Shown: positions 1 to 14,150, numbered from the whole stretch's first letter. The stretch: 63,283 nt of DNA, filler included, from Octopus bimaculoides (GCF_001194135.2; 6 parts of 5 records of this genome joined end to end with filler, not necessarily neighbours in it); one strand, 5' to 3'. The notes: generated by a model from the sequence alone, not told the origin. Made by a program: numbers and translations.

Positions 1-31
<31 letters not shown>

Positions 32-548
32 TATATACACATACACATACACATACATATACATACAAATATATATGCCCAATAAAGGAACAGTTATTAA
101 TACTGCTGTCGTTATTATTACTACTTTAATACATGCCCTATCCTGATCAATAATCTTCTATACATAACCTTCCTTGGAAGAAAATAATATCGAGATGTGT
201 TATAAACATATGCTATAAACATGTGCTATCGAATGCATTACGATCGCCCACGTTCACATAACTTAACACCCACATAGATTTGGTTAGTTAACCCGTCGCC
301 TACAAGTGTGTTATATTCAGATTGTACAGTAGTTACATGTATGATAATATTTACTGAACTTGTCTGTTTGACAGTCAGTCTATCACCATACGCCTACACA
401 GCTATTCTGTTATCTGTTATCTGTGTTCGCACAAGCATACGTCTGTCACGTGTACATATGTGTGTGTGCGTGTGTGTTTGTGTGTGTGCGTGTGTGTTTG
501 TGTGTGTTTGTATATGCATATACATCCATATGTATATATGCATATATG

Positions 549-645
<97 letters not shown>

Positions 646-777
646 GCGTGTGTATGTATGTATATATGTGTGTATGTATGTATACAGAGAGTGAGAAAGA
701 AAGGGAAAGATTAAACTTGTACATAACGATTTTCTTTGCGCTTGCACACCCGCACGTGAGTGTATGTGTGTGAGAGA

Positions 778-808
<31 letters not shown>

Positions 809-879
809 AGAGAGAGAGTGTGTGTGCGTGTGAGAGAGAGAGAGAGACAGTGTGTGTGTGTGTGAGTGCGTGTTTGTGT

Positions 880-910
<31 letters not shown>

Positions 911-1199
911 CGTGCGTGTGTGTGCGCGCCCGTCCGTGTGTGTGTGTGTGGGTGGATGGGTTACATTTATACATGAGCTATATGAGCGAAAGACTGTGGT
1001 TGCAAACTAGCGCTTATGTAAATGTCTGTGTGTGTACATAGATACATTGTGTGTGCGTATCTATGCGTGTGTATGAATGTATGCACGGATGTATGTATGC
1101 GTAATAGCACGTAGGTACGTATGTATGTATGTATGTTTTTATATATACAAAACACACGCCCACATTCGTAGACACACACATGTAATACATGCATTCATA

Positions 1200-1560
1200 T
1201 ATATGTTACATAAAATGAGATAACAAAGCGAAGGCTGCGTGGAATTTATTGGACATTTATGAAGAGAAAGATAGTCTTACAGCTGTTTCTGAGATATTAA
1301 GGATATCCCTTCATCAGAGATGATATGAGAGAGTTAACTAGAGGGAAATGGTAGACTGCAGTATAAGGAGTTATTCTGGAAAAGGATGGATATAGGAAGT
1401 ATAAAGGAAAATAAGAGAATAAAAATAAAAATATATGTAGGATGTTACAGTTGCAGTTCCATTATCCAAGGAAAGTGTTGTGTAGGATGGGTAGAAATGC
1501 TTCTTGTCCATGGTATGTAGATTCTGATAGGAGTTCATATTACAAATGGATAGTGTGGAG
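1200..1560 (-). mobile_element. Penelope-like element terminal repeat with a hammerhead-like motif
   Basis: CTGATGA-stem-GAAACAGCTGTA at 1275-1320, followed by AATAAA. 1367-1560 is inverted at 2093-2286. Confidence 0.55.
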
Positions 1561-2542
1561 GTACGCGCGTGTGTATAACTATATGCACATCTTTCTTTCC
1601 CTCTCTGATTCATCAGCCCCCACCATCACTTTTGCTAGTACAATAAATACGTACGCCGATTTTTAGAAACTTGACCATTATATCTTATTATTCTTCCCTT
1701 CCTTTTTCAGATTTACTACTCACTTTGGTACACCCCCGCGAACCATTTCCTTTACCTATCTCTCCACATTAGTGCCTTTCAAACATATCACCCCATCTCC
1801 CAATTCTCACACATACTCCTTCCTTATATTCTTATCTCTTCCTTCTATCTTGATAGCCCTCCCCTTCCATCCTCCTCACAATATCTTGACCACCACCTAG
1901 CACTCTTTTTTCATTTTTTCTTCCTGTTTCTTTCTTTCTTTCTTTTTTCTTTCCCTACTCCTTTTGACTAATACTCCTCCTAACGTACATATCTATTCTA
2001 TTCTCTCTGTCTAATTACCACTACCAGTACGTTCTCAAAATTCCATTCACAGCACAAGACCCCTTTGAACGAACAGCATATGGAATTTATGTCTCCACAC
2101 TATCCATTTGTAATATGAACTCCTATTGGAATCTACATACCATGTACAAAAGCATTTCTACCCATTCTACACAGCACATTCGTTGGATAATGGAACTGCA
2201 ACTGTAACATCCTACATATATTTTTATCTTTATTCTCTTATTTCCCTTTATACTTCCTATATCCATCCTTTTCCAAAATAACTCCTTTAACATATACATG
2301 CTCACACAAGACCCGCATTAGATTCCTCACTCGTAATATTATCGAACCGAGGGTCTAACTATGGTCCTTCTGTAACAATTCCATAGCCTTACCTACCATC
2401 TTGGGTTTTCTGGCAACCAATAGTTTTCATACATCCATATATATATAACATCCACCCCTAGGGGTCAGCCACACTTAAGTGGTAATACACTTCACTTTAT
2501 CGTGCAGTTACTGTTAATACTTCATTTAGAGAATTAACATTG

Positions 2543-2584
<42 letters not shown>

Positions 2585-2879
2585 GTTATGTTCCAACTCA
2601 GAAAGAACAGAAAAGGGGGGGAAACACCCAGTTTAATGCAAATTATTCAATAAATGCAGTATAATGGATATATTTTTCTCAAGCAATAACTTTTATGGTA
2701 CTTTCTTCATTTCCGAATTTGACGAATTGTAAAGCAAACGTACCTAGTCTCGAAAGACTTATTGCTTTAACACATACGCGCGCGCGCACACACACACAAC
2801 AAAACATAAATGAGGATCGTCCTACATCAGCTGCCGATCGATTATGAATTTGTACGCCCTGCAATACTCTCAAAGAAAG

Positions 2880-3050
2880 CAGCATTTCGTTCGTTTTTAG
2901 GTTCTGAGTTCAAATTCCACCGACATCGACTTTGCCTTTCATTTTCACTGGGTCTATAAAATAAGCACCAACTGAACACTGGGGGGGAGGTGATGTAATC
3001 TACTTACTCCTCTCCTAAGATTGCTGGTCTTGTACCAAAAATTGAAACCA
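2880..3050 (+). mobile_element. SINE family B, partial
   Basis: GTTCTGAGTTCAAATTCCACCGACATCGACTTTGCCTTTCAT. Confidence 0.7.
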
Positions 3051-3634
3051 ATGTACACACACACACACACACACACACACGTGTGTGTGTGTGTTTATAC
3101 TTATATACAGATGTGTCTGCTTATCTGTCTGAAGTAGATGTCTGTCTGTAGTATATATACGTTTATATGTATATATATAACTTTTAATTAGACTTCAACG
3201 ATGTGTATGTGTAGAAGTGTGTGCGTGTGTGTATGTGTGTATGTATGTATGTATGTATGTATGTATGTATGCATGCAAGTACGTATGTGTGTATGTGCTG
3301 AAACTGAAAAAGTTGGCGATTATACTTTACTATGGTTTCATTTGTCAAATCATTTGATAGTACTGAGGAACAATTCTATGTATGTACGTATGTATGTATG
3401 TATCGAATATCAGTCAGACATTGAAGGCGTGGCTGAAAAAGTATAACAACGCAGTTGTAGAAGAATATATAAAGAAAATGACGAGAGAGAGAGAGAGAGA
3501 CAGGGGGAGAGAGAGACANNNNNNNNNNNNNNNNNNNNNNNAGAGAGGGGGTGCTTAACAACAGTGTAAAAGACATGTTGATCTTGAAAACATTAACTTC
3601 GAAGTACACGTTTTTATCTTTTTCTTTTCTTTTG

Positions 3635-4035
3635 TTTTCTTTTATTACTTCTTCCAGTCATTAGACTGCGGCACACTGGAGCAACGCCTTCAAGACTTTT
3701 GTCAAATGAACTGATCCCAGTGCTTATTCTATTGGTCTCTGGCCGAACGTTAATTACGAGAACATAAACAAACCGACACAAGTTGTCAGGCGGTGGTGAT
3801 GGGAACAAGCACATGCAAAGACACACACTCACGTGCACGTGCGCGCGCGCAAACACACATACACACCTCACACACACACACATACACACATATGGGTGTT
3901 TTCAATCTACCAGACTCATTTCCATCTACCAAACTCACTCAAAGCATTATTCAGTCTGGGGTGAACGCAGTGGGATTGAACCCGAAACCAAGTGGTTACA
4001 AAATGATCTTTTAAACCACACAATCATATCCGCGC
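3635..4035 (-). mobile_element. SINE family A, degenerate full-length copy
   Basis: Reverse-complement match to the head, the central (CA)n and the 3' domain. Confidence 0.7.
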
Positions 4036-4561
4036 CTTGTATTTTCCATTTGTATTTGGAACTCTTAATCTAATTACACATATCATGGCATCAAATGGAA
4101 ATTTAAATTTTGCCAAACATTTCAGCCATCCCACCAAGGTTTGTATGTTTTGCATTTCTGGATATCATGAAATATTCTTCCAATCTCTTTACTCTTTAAT
4201 CACCATTCTGGATTGTTGTTTTATGAGAATAAACGATTTAAACCTTGAGACATTTTCAAAACACTCATCAAATCAAACAGGTGATAATGGTCAATGAGAG
4301 TTATTTCCCCTCCCGAGCAAAGACTTTCCTGATAAAAATGGTGTACTTATATGATTATTTGTCCTTTTTTTTTTTCTCTTTTGATCAAACGAAGACCACG
4401 TTCTACTCAACTAATTTCTTCCAATTTAACTACTTTCAGAGTTATTAAACCCATTGTTCTTCCTCTCTGTTTCTCCATTCTCCTGAGAGGCACAACATCA
4501 AAAGCAATTAACTGCTATGATATTTTTTGTGTCTCTGGAGTTCATTAGTATACATACATTG

Positions 4562-4632
<71 letters not shown>

Positions 4633-4979
4633 ATGGATAAATTATACAAAATGTATAAATAGATGATGAGTAAAGCACCGGCACAGTATCGATTACCTGT
4701 TGTTATCCGTAGATTTATTGCAGGAACTTCGTAGTGGCGGTTGGGGTAACAGCATTAATAATATAGATGGAATTAGTAAAATATTTTATTAGGTACGACA
4801 CATGTTTCGACCCTTTCTGGGTCTCTTCGGGTGCATCAATTAAAAAAGTCTTACTAGAGATTTTCTGATTTGGTTTTACGTACCGCTATATGTCTATCAA
4901 CTTCGCGATACATATATACATACATACATACACATATACATATAGACAAATTGAAAGATATAAATATATCGATATATAA

Positions 4980-5980
4980 ATTACAATGAAAACTGCGGAC
5001 GCATGCATGTTAATATTCTTAAGTTATTATACCTGGAAAAGTACAGAACAAGATTTCTGCAGTAGAATTTGCCTGATTCGTCACCTCTAAAGGAAACTAA
5101 AAAGTACTTAAAATTAAAATTCTTCTGTACTTAAAATACTGCAGCTGAGAATAATATTTTAAAAAATTACTATATTTTATTAAAACAAAAATTATAAAAA
5201 CATCATTGGGTTTTTCCAAAAATAAGCCCATCCGATTTTAAGCCTTTTCATGTGTAGCTCCAGTAATTTTTATTATTTTCAGAAAAAATTTTTATTTAAG
5301 TCTGTATTTAAGCCCATGGGCTTATTTTTGAGAAACGCAGTATTTTACAAATGAAATAAAATAAAATTAATTTCAAAAGATACAGTAGAATTCGCCTAGT
5401 TAGTCATCCCTAGGAGAAAATTGAAAATGACAAATTAGGTGAAGTAATGAATTAGCCAAAAACGAATTAAACTAATTCTAGTGTATTAATGCTAACTAAT
5501 AAATTTTACTTATGATTTATTTCAGATAAATTTTGTTAATGTGGAAGAATTAATAGAGCATATGGTTGATTTAAAACCATTTAATGACCATTCTACAGCA
5601 ATCTATTTCAATTAAAGTGGAAAAAAATTCTTGTGCAATATTATTTACAACTTCATATTTTATTGTTTGTAATTTGTACAACAACAAAAAAAATGACTAT
5701 TTTAATTGTATATTTCAAAAGACATGATTTAAAAAAAATTTGTTTAAATTTATTTTTGATTATTTTTGTACCATGTTTTTAATGATTTACTTGTTTTTTA
5801 GATTCTCATAATAAACAAAATAAATTATTTCAAATTTACCTAATATTATAATTATTAAAACGTTATTCTCCGCTACATTTTAAGTACAGTAGAATTTTAA
5901 TTTTAAGTACTTTTTAGTTTCCTTTCGAGGTGACGAATTAGACAAGTTCTAGCATGCGCCTGCAGTTTTTTATTGTAATC
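4980..5980. repeat. AT-rich foldback of about 1 kb with CAGTAGAATT (pogo/Tigger-like) motifs
   Basis: 5061-5135 is the reverse complement of 5878-5951, and ATTACAATxAAAACTGCxGxCGCATGC at about 4980-5007 pairs with 5952-5980. Confidence 0.55.
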
Positions 5981-7028
5981 CACATTTTTTCCAGGCAATG
6001 CAATAAAACTAATAAATATTGCTTTGTTAAAAAATATTTGAATTATTTTCATTGTTAATGATTGAATCAAAACAAGAATTTCATGAATGAGAAATGTAAT
6101 TATAATTGTAAAAAATATTAGATCCTTTATCTTCACTGGATATTAAATTTTTATACTGAAACTAAGTGCATAATATGAACGCACCAAAAAAGAAAGTGCC
6201 AAAATTCATATGAAAAATTAATTTTCTATATAGTGTAATACTAATCGTAATAATGCTTAAACTCTAGAGATGTTTGTTTGTATCCGGAATATCTCAGAAA
6301 TAGTATACTTTATCTTAATGTTTTTTGCATATATATTTTCATACTTACCATCGGCAGTGCTATTTGGACCTCTATATATTAATGAAAACGATTAAACACA
6401 ATTTTTGTTTGTTATTTCTTGACGATAAAAAAACATGGCTTCAGTGACGTCAACACGCATAAACACATACAGAATGTACNNNNNNNNNNNNNNNNNNNNN
6501 NNNNNNNNNNNNNNNNNNNNNNNNNNNNNNNNNNNNNNNNNNNNNNNNNNNNNNNNNNNNNNNNNNNNNNNNNNNNNNNNNNNNNNNNNNNNNNNNNNNN
6601 NNNNNNNNNNNNNNNNNNNNNNNNNNNNNNNNNNNNNNNNNNNNNNNNNNNNNNNNNNNNNNNNNNNNNNNNNNNNNNNNNNNNNNNNNNNNNNNNNNNN
6701 NNNNNNNNNNNNNNNNNNNNNNNNNNNNNNNNNNNNNNNNNNNNNNNNNNNNNNNNNNNNNNNNNNNNNNNNNNNNNNNNNNNNNNNNNNNNNNNNNNNN
6801 NNNNNNNNNNNNNNNNNNNNNNNNNNNNNNNNNNNNNNNNNNNNNNNNNNNNNNNNNNNNNNNNNNNNNNNNNNNNNNNNNNNNNNNNNNNNNNNNNNNN
6901 NNNNNNNNNNNNNNNNNNNNNNNNNNNNNNNNNNNNNNNNNNNNNNNNNNNNNNNNNNNNNNNNNNNNNNNNNNNNNNNNNNNNNNNNNNNNNNNNNNNN
7001 NNNGTAAGTCGAGAAGGTGTATATAAAA

Positions 7029-7059
<31 letters not shown>

Positions 7060-8449
7060 AAGAAGAAGAAGAAGAAGAAGAAGAAGAAGAAGAAGAAGAA
7101 GAAGAAGAAGAAGAAGAACAACAACAACAACAACAACAACAAGAAAAAGAAGAAGGATCATGACGAAGTTGCATTACCATTACCTTTAATTCATTATTAT
7201 ATATACAGTCTCAAATAGTCCAACATAAGTATTAATTAGAAAGAGACAAATTATTTGAAGGTCAATAATACTCATCATAGCCGACACACATCTAAACACA
7301 GAGGGTATATATAAGCCATTATAAATATGCGAACTTATAATATATAAAAACATATTTACACATATAATAGTATAATTTCATGCCCAAATCAAAGTCGGAT
7401 AAAGAATTGCATAAATACATACAGACAATTCAAAAAGTCTCGAGCTGATAAGATGACAGTTCACAATAATTCAAAAGGGAAGTCCTCAAATGACTCCAAC
7501 AGGCACGAAAGAATCTTACAGCCGTTTCTGAGAATGTGCGAAGAATCCACCAAAATTTTTATAAAATCATAAAATTAGTCATAATATTGTAAGAATATGA
7601 ATCCGTGCATATTCTCTGATGCAGGAAATGTGGATTACTGAAGTTGAAAAGGATCTACCTACACACTTCTCCGCGCAATCCTAGAAACGGCCGTAAGATT
7701 CTCTATTGTAATGTGAGATAATACTTTCAATTTTAACAGTTTCGCTATTAATACTGAAACCGTTATCTCACATATACACATGCATTCATATATATATATA
7801 TANNNNNNNNNNNNNNNNNNNNNNNNNNNNNNNNNNNNNNNNNNNNNNNNNNNNNNNNNNNNNNNNNNNNNNNNNNNNNNNNNNNNNNNNNNNNNNNNNN
7901 NNNNNNNNNNNNNNNNNNNNNNNNNNNNNNNNNNNNNNNNNNNNNNNNNNNNNNNNNNNNNNNNNNNNNNNNNNNNNNNNNNNNNNNNNNNNNNNNNNNN
8001 NNNNNNNNNNNNNNNNNNNNNNNNNNNNNNNNNNNNNNNNNNNNNNNNNNNNNNNNNNNNNNNNNNNNNNNNNNNNNNNNNNNNNNNNNNNNNNNNNNNN
8101 NNNNNNNNNNNNNNNNNNNNNNNNNNNNNNNNNNNNNNNNNNNNNNNNNNNNNNNNNNNNNNNNNNNNNNNNNNNNNNNNNNNNNNNNNNNNNNNNNNNN
8201 NNNNNNNNNNNNNNNNNNNNNNNNNNNNNNNNNNNNNNNNNNNNNNNNNNNNNNNNNNNNNNNNNNNNNNNNNNNNNNNNNNNNNNNNNNNNNNNNNNNN
8301 NNNNGTGAGAAAAAAGAAATAATAGTCGGGCTAAGGGTACGCGTCTGCGTGTCTGCGTGTCGGTGAGTGCCCTTTTCAGTTAAAATTTTCTGTCGAGGAA
8401 AATAAACAACTGGTAAATACAAAATTCCAAGTATTGCAGAATTTGAAAA

Positions 8450-8665
8450 GCTGCAAGGAAATTATTGAAGCTACAATAATATATCGAAGATATGATGTTA
8501 TATCTCTGCTTTGATGGTATATTGAAAGCTATAGTGATATATTGAAGATATGATATATCGAAATTATAACATACGTTTGATAATATATTGAAGCTATGAC
8601 TATACGTTAAATATACGATGTTATATAATAATTTATTGAAACTATTATGATGATATATTGAAAAT
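8450..8665. repeat. Degenerate AT-rich tandem repeat
   Basis: Recurring ATATTGAAG(A/C)TAT(G)AT motif. Confidence 0.5.
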
Positions 8666-8679
8666 AAGATGCTATAGAT

Positions 8680-8900
8680 GCAAGCATGGCTGTGTGGTCC
8701 GGAAGTTGGCTTCACGTGGTTTCGTGTTCAGATATTTGGGCCAACAGGCCAACCAATCCCTTGTGAGAGAATTTGGTAGACAGAAACTGTGTGCAACTCC
8801 GACGTATATATGTATGTATATCTATGTATCTATACACGTGTGAATATCTTTGTGTTTGTCACCTTTCATTACTTGATAAGAAGCGTTTGTTTGTGGTATC
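8680..8900 (+). mobile_element. SINE family A, degenerate 5' part
   Basis: GCATGGCTGTGTGG...CCTTGTGAGAGAATTTGGTAGACAGAAACTG. Confidence 0.6.
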
Positions 8901-9107
8901 CCTTTAGGTTAGCGGTTTGGCAAGAGATTGATAGACGACGCAAAAATAACAATGATGGTTATGGCTGGGAATATTTTGATCATAGAGCTGCTTCTTTAGG
9001 GCTGACCTAGGGCTAAACAACACCACCACCACCACCACCACCAGCAACAACAACGAACCACACACTGGCGAATTTAAGAATACTAACACATTTTCTAATA
9101 CACTGAT

Positions 9108-9174
<67 letters not shown>

Positions 9175-9187
9175 AGTGGTAGTAGTT

Positions 9188-9238
<51 letters not shown>

Positions 9239-9889
9239 ATGATGATGGTAATGGTGAAAGTGATACTGAAGGTGGTGGTGGCGGTGGAAAAAAAGTAGTT
9301 GTAGTAGTAGCAGCAGCAGCAGCAGTAGCAGCAGGATAGTGTACTTATTTTTCCAATCTTCAAGAAGCCTAGAATATATGACAAATGATCTAGCGATCGC
9401 GAGTGTAGCAGCCTAACCCACTAAACCACGCGCCTTACATAAAACGTGAATACATTGACAGAAGATGGCAGACATCTCTTCTTTTTATTATCATTTATTT
9501 ATATCTTTAACTAATGTTACTTCACAACAAAGAGTGAAAAATAAAAAGGAACTGCAAAACAAAAATAAATAAAACAGGATTAAAGTCCTTCACACCCCTA
9601 TATCCCAAACACAGTCTTCGGTGTTCATCCCTCGCTTATATATCACCGACCTTCCAATTTAAATTTCGGTGTGAAAGAGTGTGAATTAAGCTCTATTATT
9701 TTTCATTCGATAAAGATGAGGCTTCAAATATACTTTTAAGTTAAAAAAAAGTAATATTTGAGATTTTCTTGNNNNNNNNNNNNNNNNNNNNNNNNNNNNN
9801 NNNNNNNNNNNNNNNTTAATTAATTAANNNNNNNNNNNNNNNNNNNNNNNNNNNNNNNNNNNNNNNNNNNNTATATATATATATATATA

Positions 9890-10118
9890 TGTATGTGTGT
9901 TTGTGTGTCTGTGTTTGTCCTCCCCACCATCGCTTGACAACCGATGCTGGTGTGTTTACGTCCCCGCAACTTAGCGGTTCGGAAAAAAGAGACCGATAGA
10001 ATAAGTACTAGGCTTACAAAGAATAAGTCCTGGGGTCGATTAGCTAGACTAAAGGCGGTGCTCCAGCATGGCCACAGTCAAATGACTGAAACAAGTAAAA
10101 GAGTAAGGAGTAAAGAGT
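9890..10118 (+). mobile_element. SINE family A, 3' half
   Basis: GCTTGACAACCGATGCTGGTG...GACTGAAACAAGTAAAAGAG. Confidence 0.85.
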
Positions 10119-10249
10119 ATACGTACATAAATACACATATACACCCACATTTATGCTTTTATACTCTCTCTTTCTCCCTCTATCAGTTACTATTCCATGT
10201 TCTTTCTCTCATTGACTATTCCTCTTTCTCACTCTCTATGCTTTTTCTT

Positions 10250-10285
10250 TCTTCAGATGAAAGATAAACATCCGAAACGTTAAGA
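10250..10285 (+). ncRNA. Degenerate hammerhead motif (U4 to A)
   Basis: TCTT-CAGATGA-A-AGAT-AAAC-ATCC-GAAACGTT-AAGA. Confidence 0.4.
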
Positions 10286-11194
10286 CATTTTCTCTCTTTG
10301 TCAGAGCGTTAAGATAATTCCTCATATGTTAAACTTCGTGTATCATATGTGGTCGTTTTATATCGTTTATTGTATTTTTGTATTTACACTCTGTGTGTGT
10401 GTGTGTGTGTCGCAGCTGACTTGGTTGATATATCGATTTTGTACAATTGATCGTAGTGACCAGAAGATATAGGTAGACGGGTAGCGTTAAGTACACACAG
10501 ACAGGAAATGTAGAGAAGCGGTCAGCCATTGTGAATATATACAGGATGTTAACAATGTCAGTTAACTAGACATGACCAGTTGTGAATGATTAACTAATAA
10601 TGGGTGTCGGTTGGAGCAAATTCTTCTGCTTTTAATATACGTGTATGTGTGTGTGTGTGTTTTTGCGCGTGTGCGCGTATATGTGTCCATGTATGTGTAA
10701 TGTGTATTTGTGTAAAGAGAAATATGTATTTATGAATAAATAATGCCAAAATGCATACGTCGATAAGCGGACAGACGAACGGACAATGGAGGGATATACT
10801 GAAAGCCAGCTTGATAGAAGGTCAAGGTGAAGTATCTACACGCACACAGACACACAAACACGCACGCACACAGCCACACTCACATACACAGACGCACACA
10901 CACAGACGCACATATACACAAACTCACACAGACGCACATATATACAAACTCACACACATTCATACACAGACGCACATACACACATACAGATGCACACATA
11001 CACACACTGCACAGACACACACTCACACACAGATGCGCGCACACACACTCAGACGCACACATACACACGCTGCACGCACACACACTCACACACAGACGCA
11101 CACACTCACACACACAGAGACGCACACTCTCATACACACAGACAGACGCGCACACACACACACGCACACACACACGCACACACATATATATATA

Positions 11195-11410
11195 TTCTTT
11201 TCTACTCTAGGCACAAGGTCCGAAATTTTTGGGGTGGGGGCCAGTCGATTAGATCGACCGCAGTACGCAACTAGCACTTAATTTATCGAGCCCGAAAAGA
11301 TGAAAAGCGAAGTCTACCCCGGCGAAATTTGAACTCAGAACGTAAAGACAGACGAAATACCACTAAGCATTTCGCCCGGCGTACGAACCTCTCTGGCAGC
11401 TCACCGCCTT
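11195..11410 (-). mobile_element. SINE family B, full unit
   Basis: Reverse complement from AAGGCGGTGAGCTGCCAG to CCTTGTGCCTAGAGTAGAA. Confidence 0.8.
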
Positions 11411-11777
11411 ACATATATATATTATTGGTGGTCGGGTTTCTCATCGGCGATTCGTACGTTTAATCTTTTGATTGTTTCAGTCTTCGGATAGCGGCCATGC
11501 TTGGGTAATGCGATAAAGGGTTTGGCCAAAGAAATCGACCCTACTACTTATGAATTTTTTCCTTCAAATTTTGGTTCTTATGCTATCCGTCTCTTTTGCT
11601 GCCTACCTCTAGGTTTGGGGGACGTAAGCAAACCTATACCGATTGTCAAGCGACGATAGACAAACACGACACAAACGCACAGATGTTTATATAAGTACAT
11701 GTATGCATATACACTTAAACCCCCCCCACACACACACACACATACACACATATATTTAGATAGATAGATAGAGAGAT

Positions 11778-11808
<31 letters not shown>

Positions 11809-11819
11809 TAGATAGATAG

Positions 11820-12125
11820 ATACATTTCTTTTATTAGCCACACAGGGTTCAACAAAGATTGGACGAATCAATGTAGAGCTTTTCTTTTTGGGAGGGGGAA
11901 GGAAGAAAAAAAGTAGGGTTGGGTGTCGATCAAAAGGGATCGTAGGAAGGAAAAAAGGGGGGAGTTCGATCAAAAGGGACCGAGAGAAAAAAAAAAGCGA
12001 TCAATAGGGATCGTGTATCACAGTAATGATCTCGTGTAAAAAGAGGGGAGGACAGTTTAGGTTTAGCCGTGGAAAGAAAAGCCTGCGGAAAATAGATAGG
12101 GCGGTCTTCACCAAATTCATTCACA
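11820..12125 (-). mobile_element. Probable LINE 3' end (Tx1-like) ending in AATAAA and (TATC)n
   Basis: Minus strand GAACCCTGTGTGGCTAATAAAAGAAATG followed by (TATC/TGTC)n, with internal GATCAAAAGGGA repeats. The clade assignment is inference. Confidence 0.45.
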
Positions 12126-12245
12126 AGATGTTTGTTGGACTGATGCTACAGCAAAAGACACCTGCCCAAGGTACCGTGTAGTGGGACTGAACCCATGACC
12201 ACATACGTGGGAAGAAAGCTTGTTAACCACAGTCACGCGTGCGCT
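12125..12245 (-). mobile_element. SINE family A, 5' head
   Basis: Reverse complement of GGGTTCAGTCCCACT...CCTTGGGCAGGTGTC. Confidence 0.65.
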
Positions 12246-12439
12246 TATAAAAAGTTTTGCAGTGTAGAACGTAATCGATGCCAGGCCCGCCTGATTGGCT
12301 CCCCTTTATCTATTTACAAACAAACCGTACCCAGTCTGTTTGTAAACCCTTATTCGTGAAAAAAAAGTTAACAGTATTATCATTGCTGGCAGAGGAGTAA
12401 CAGAATCGTTTAGTCGCCGGGAAACTTTCTTGTGGTATA

Positions 12440-12734
12440 TTTTGGGCTTATTGTTTTATGTGTTCAAATCCTACGCTGTTCAACTTTGAATTTCATCATT
12501 CGGGGGTCGATAAAATAAGCACTAATAAAGGACTGGAGTTGATGTCATCGACTACCCCAACCCCTAGGCAAAAAGCTGAGTGGTGTTTTGTTCGTCTTGA
12601 CGTTCTGAGTTCAAATTCCACCGAGGTCAATTTTGCCTTTCATCCATGTGGGGTTCATAAAATAAGTACCAATTGAATTCTGGGGTGGATGTAATCAAAT
12701 CTCCCCGAACTTGCTGGCTTTGTGCCGAAATTCG

Positions 12735-12740
<6 letters not shown>
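12440..12740 (+). mobile_element. SINE family B, two partial units in tandem
   Basis: Two GTTCAAAT(T)CC...TCATxxxxGGGGGTxxATAAAATAAG blocks. Confidence 0.7.
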
Positions 12741-12767
<27 letters not shown>

Positions 12768-12779
12768 GTAGCAGTAGTA

Positions 12780-12814
<35 letters not shown>

Positions 12815-13007
12815 CTGGTGATGGTGGTGGTGGTGGTGGTGGTAGTAGTAGTAGCTGCTGTAGTAGTAGTAGTGATAAAATGCAGTGGAGTGGAATATTT
12901 TCATTAATGTCATCATCGTCATCACCAGCAACATCGTCGTCGCTACCGTCATCATCATCATCACCACCACCATCATCATCATCATCATCATCATCACCAT
13001 ACCGATG

Positions 13008-13049
<42 letters not shown>

Positions 13050-13085
13050 GTTATTATTGCAATTATGCTGATGATAATGATGATG
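12740..13085. repeat. Compound trinucleotide microsatellite (ATC/GTA/GGT/ATT); representative of dozens of di-, tri- and tetranucleotide tracts across the window
   Basis: Directly visible. Similar tracts at 7031-7150, 9110-9330, 14050-14170, 18180-18270, 26400-26940 and 59970-60090. Confidence 0.95.
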
Positions 13086-13263
13086 ATATTACCATTGTCG
13101 TTATTCAATGCAATAATTCTTTGATGTTGGAATTACGTATAATTAAAGCCTTTCACGTGAAGTGTTGTAATAGTGGCTCCACTGGGTTGAGCTTGCAAAA
13201 ATGGTCTCTTCAACCACATTTGGGTATATGTGTGCACACAAACACATACATACATGCATACAT

Positions 13264-13296
<33 letters not shown>

Positions 13297-13793
13297 TATT
13301 TTTGTGTGTATATATATATATATATATATACATACATATGCATGCATTTATATATTTGTATATATATTTATATGCAAAATTATATATACATACACATTCA
13401 TATATACATATACATGTATATACATACAAATATATACATATACATACATTTATGTATATATACACATTTATATATATATATATANNNNNNNNNNNNNNNN
13501 NNNNNNNNNNNNNNNNNNNNNNNNNNNNNNNNNNNNNNNNNNNNNNNNNNNNNNNNNNNNNNNNNNNNNNNNNNNNNNNNNNNNNNNNNNNNNNNNNNNN
13601 NNNNNNNNNNNNNNNNNNNNNNNNNNNNNNNNNNNNNNNNNNNNNNNNNNNNNNNNNNNNNNNNNNNNNNNNNNNNNNNNNNNNNNNNNNNNNNNNNNNN
13701 NNNNNNNNNNNNNNNNNNTATATATATATATATATTATAATATCCAAACATATACACACGCTCTCATATACACAGTATACATGTATACATATG

Positions 13794-13889
<96 letters not shown>

Positions 13890-14051
13890 TGCGTGTGTGT
13901 GCGTGCATGTATTTACTGTGTGTCTGTGGATTTTCTTTTCTCGTGTTTGTACGTCTTTGTTTCCGTTCAGTCATCCTGTTGGCGCCACTTCTTCCGAGAT
14001 AGGTGATGACGTCACAGATGATAGTGATAGTATGCGGCGGCGGCAGTGGTA

Positions 14052-14093
<42 letters not shown>

Positions 14094-14115
14094 GAAATAG
14101 TAGTAGTAGGAGTAA

Positions 14116-14150
<35 letters not shown>

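Noticed and set aside
308-1041. ORFs rich in YI, CV, HT and TH (and the many similar ones across the window)
   Set aside because: Translations of (AT)n, (GT)n and (CA)n microsatellites that lack stop codons.
6392-7189. Long ORFs of 200-430 aa containing X runs (also 33878-34949, 36330-37481, 45342-46567, 57051-58474)
   Set aside because: They read through N gaps and are not real coding sequence.
9816-9827. Recurrent palindromic TTAATTAATTAA as a biological site
   Set aside because: Always embedded in similar N-runs and has six-frame stops, so it is an assembly linker.
12280-12350. GC box, CCAAT and Fox-like motifs as a promoter
   Set aside because: Short motifs between SINE fragments with no associated exon, as expected by chance.
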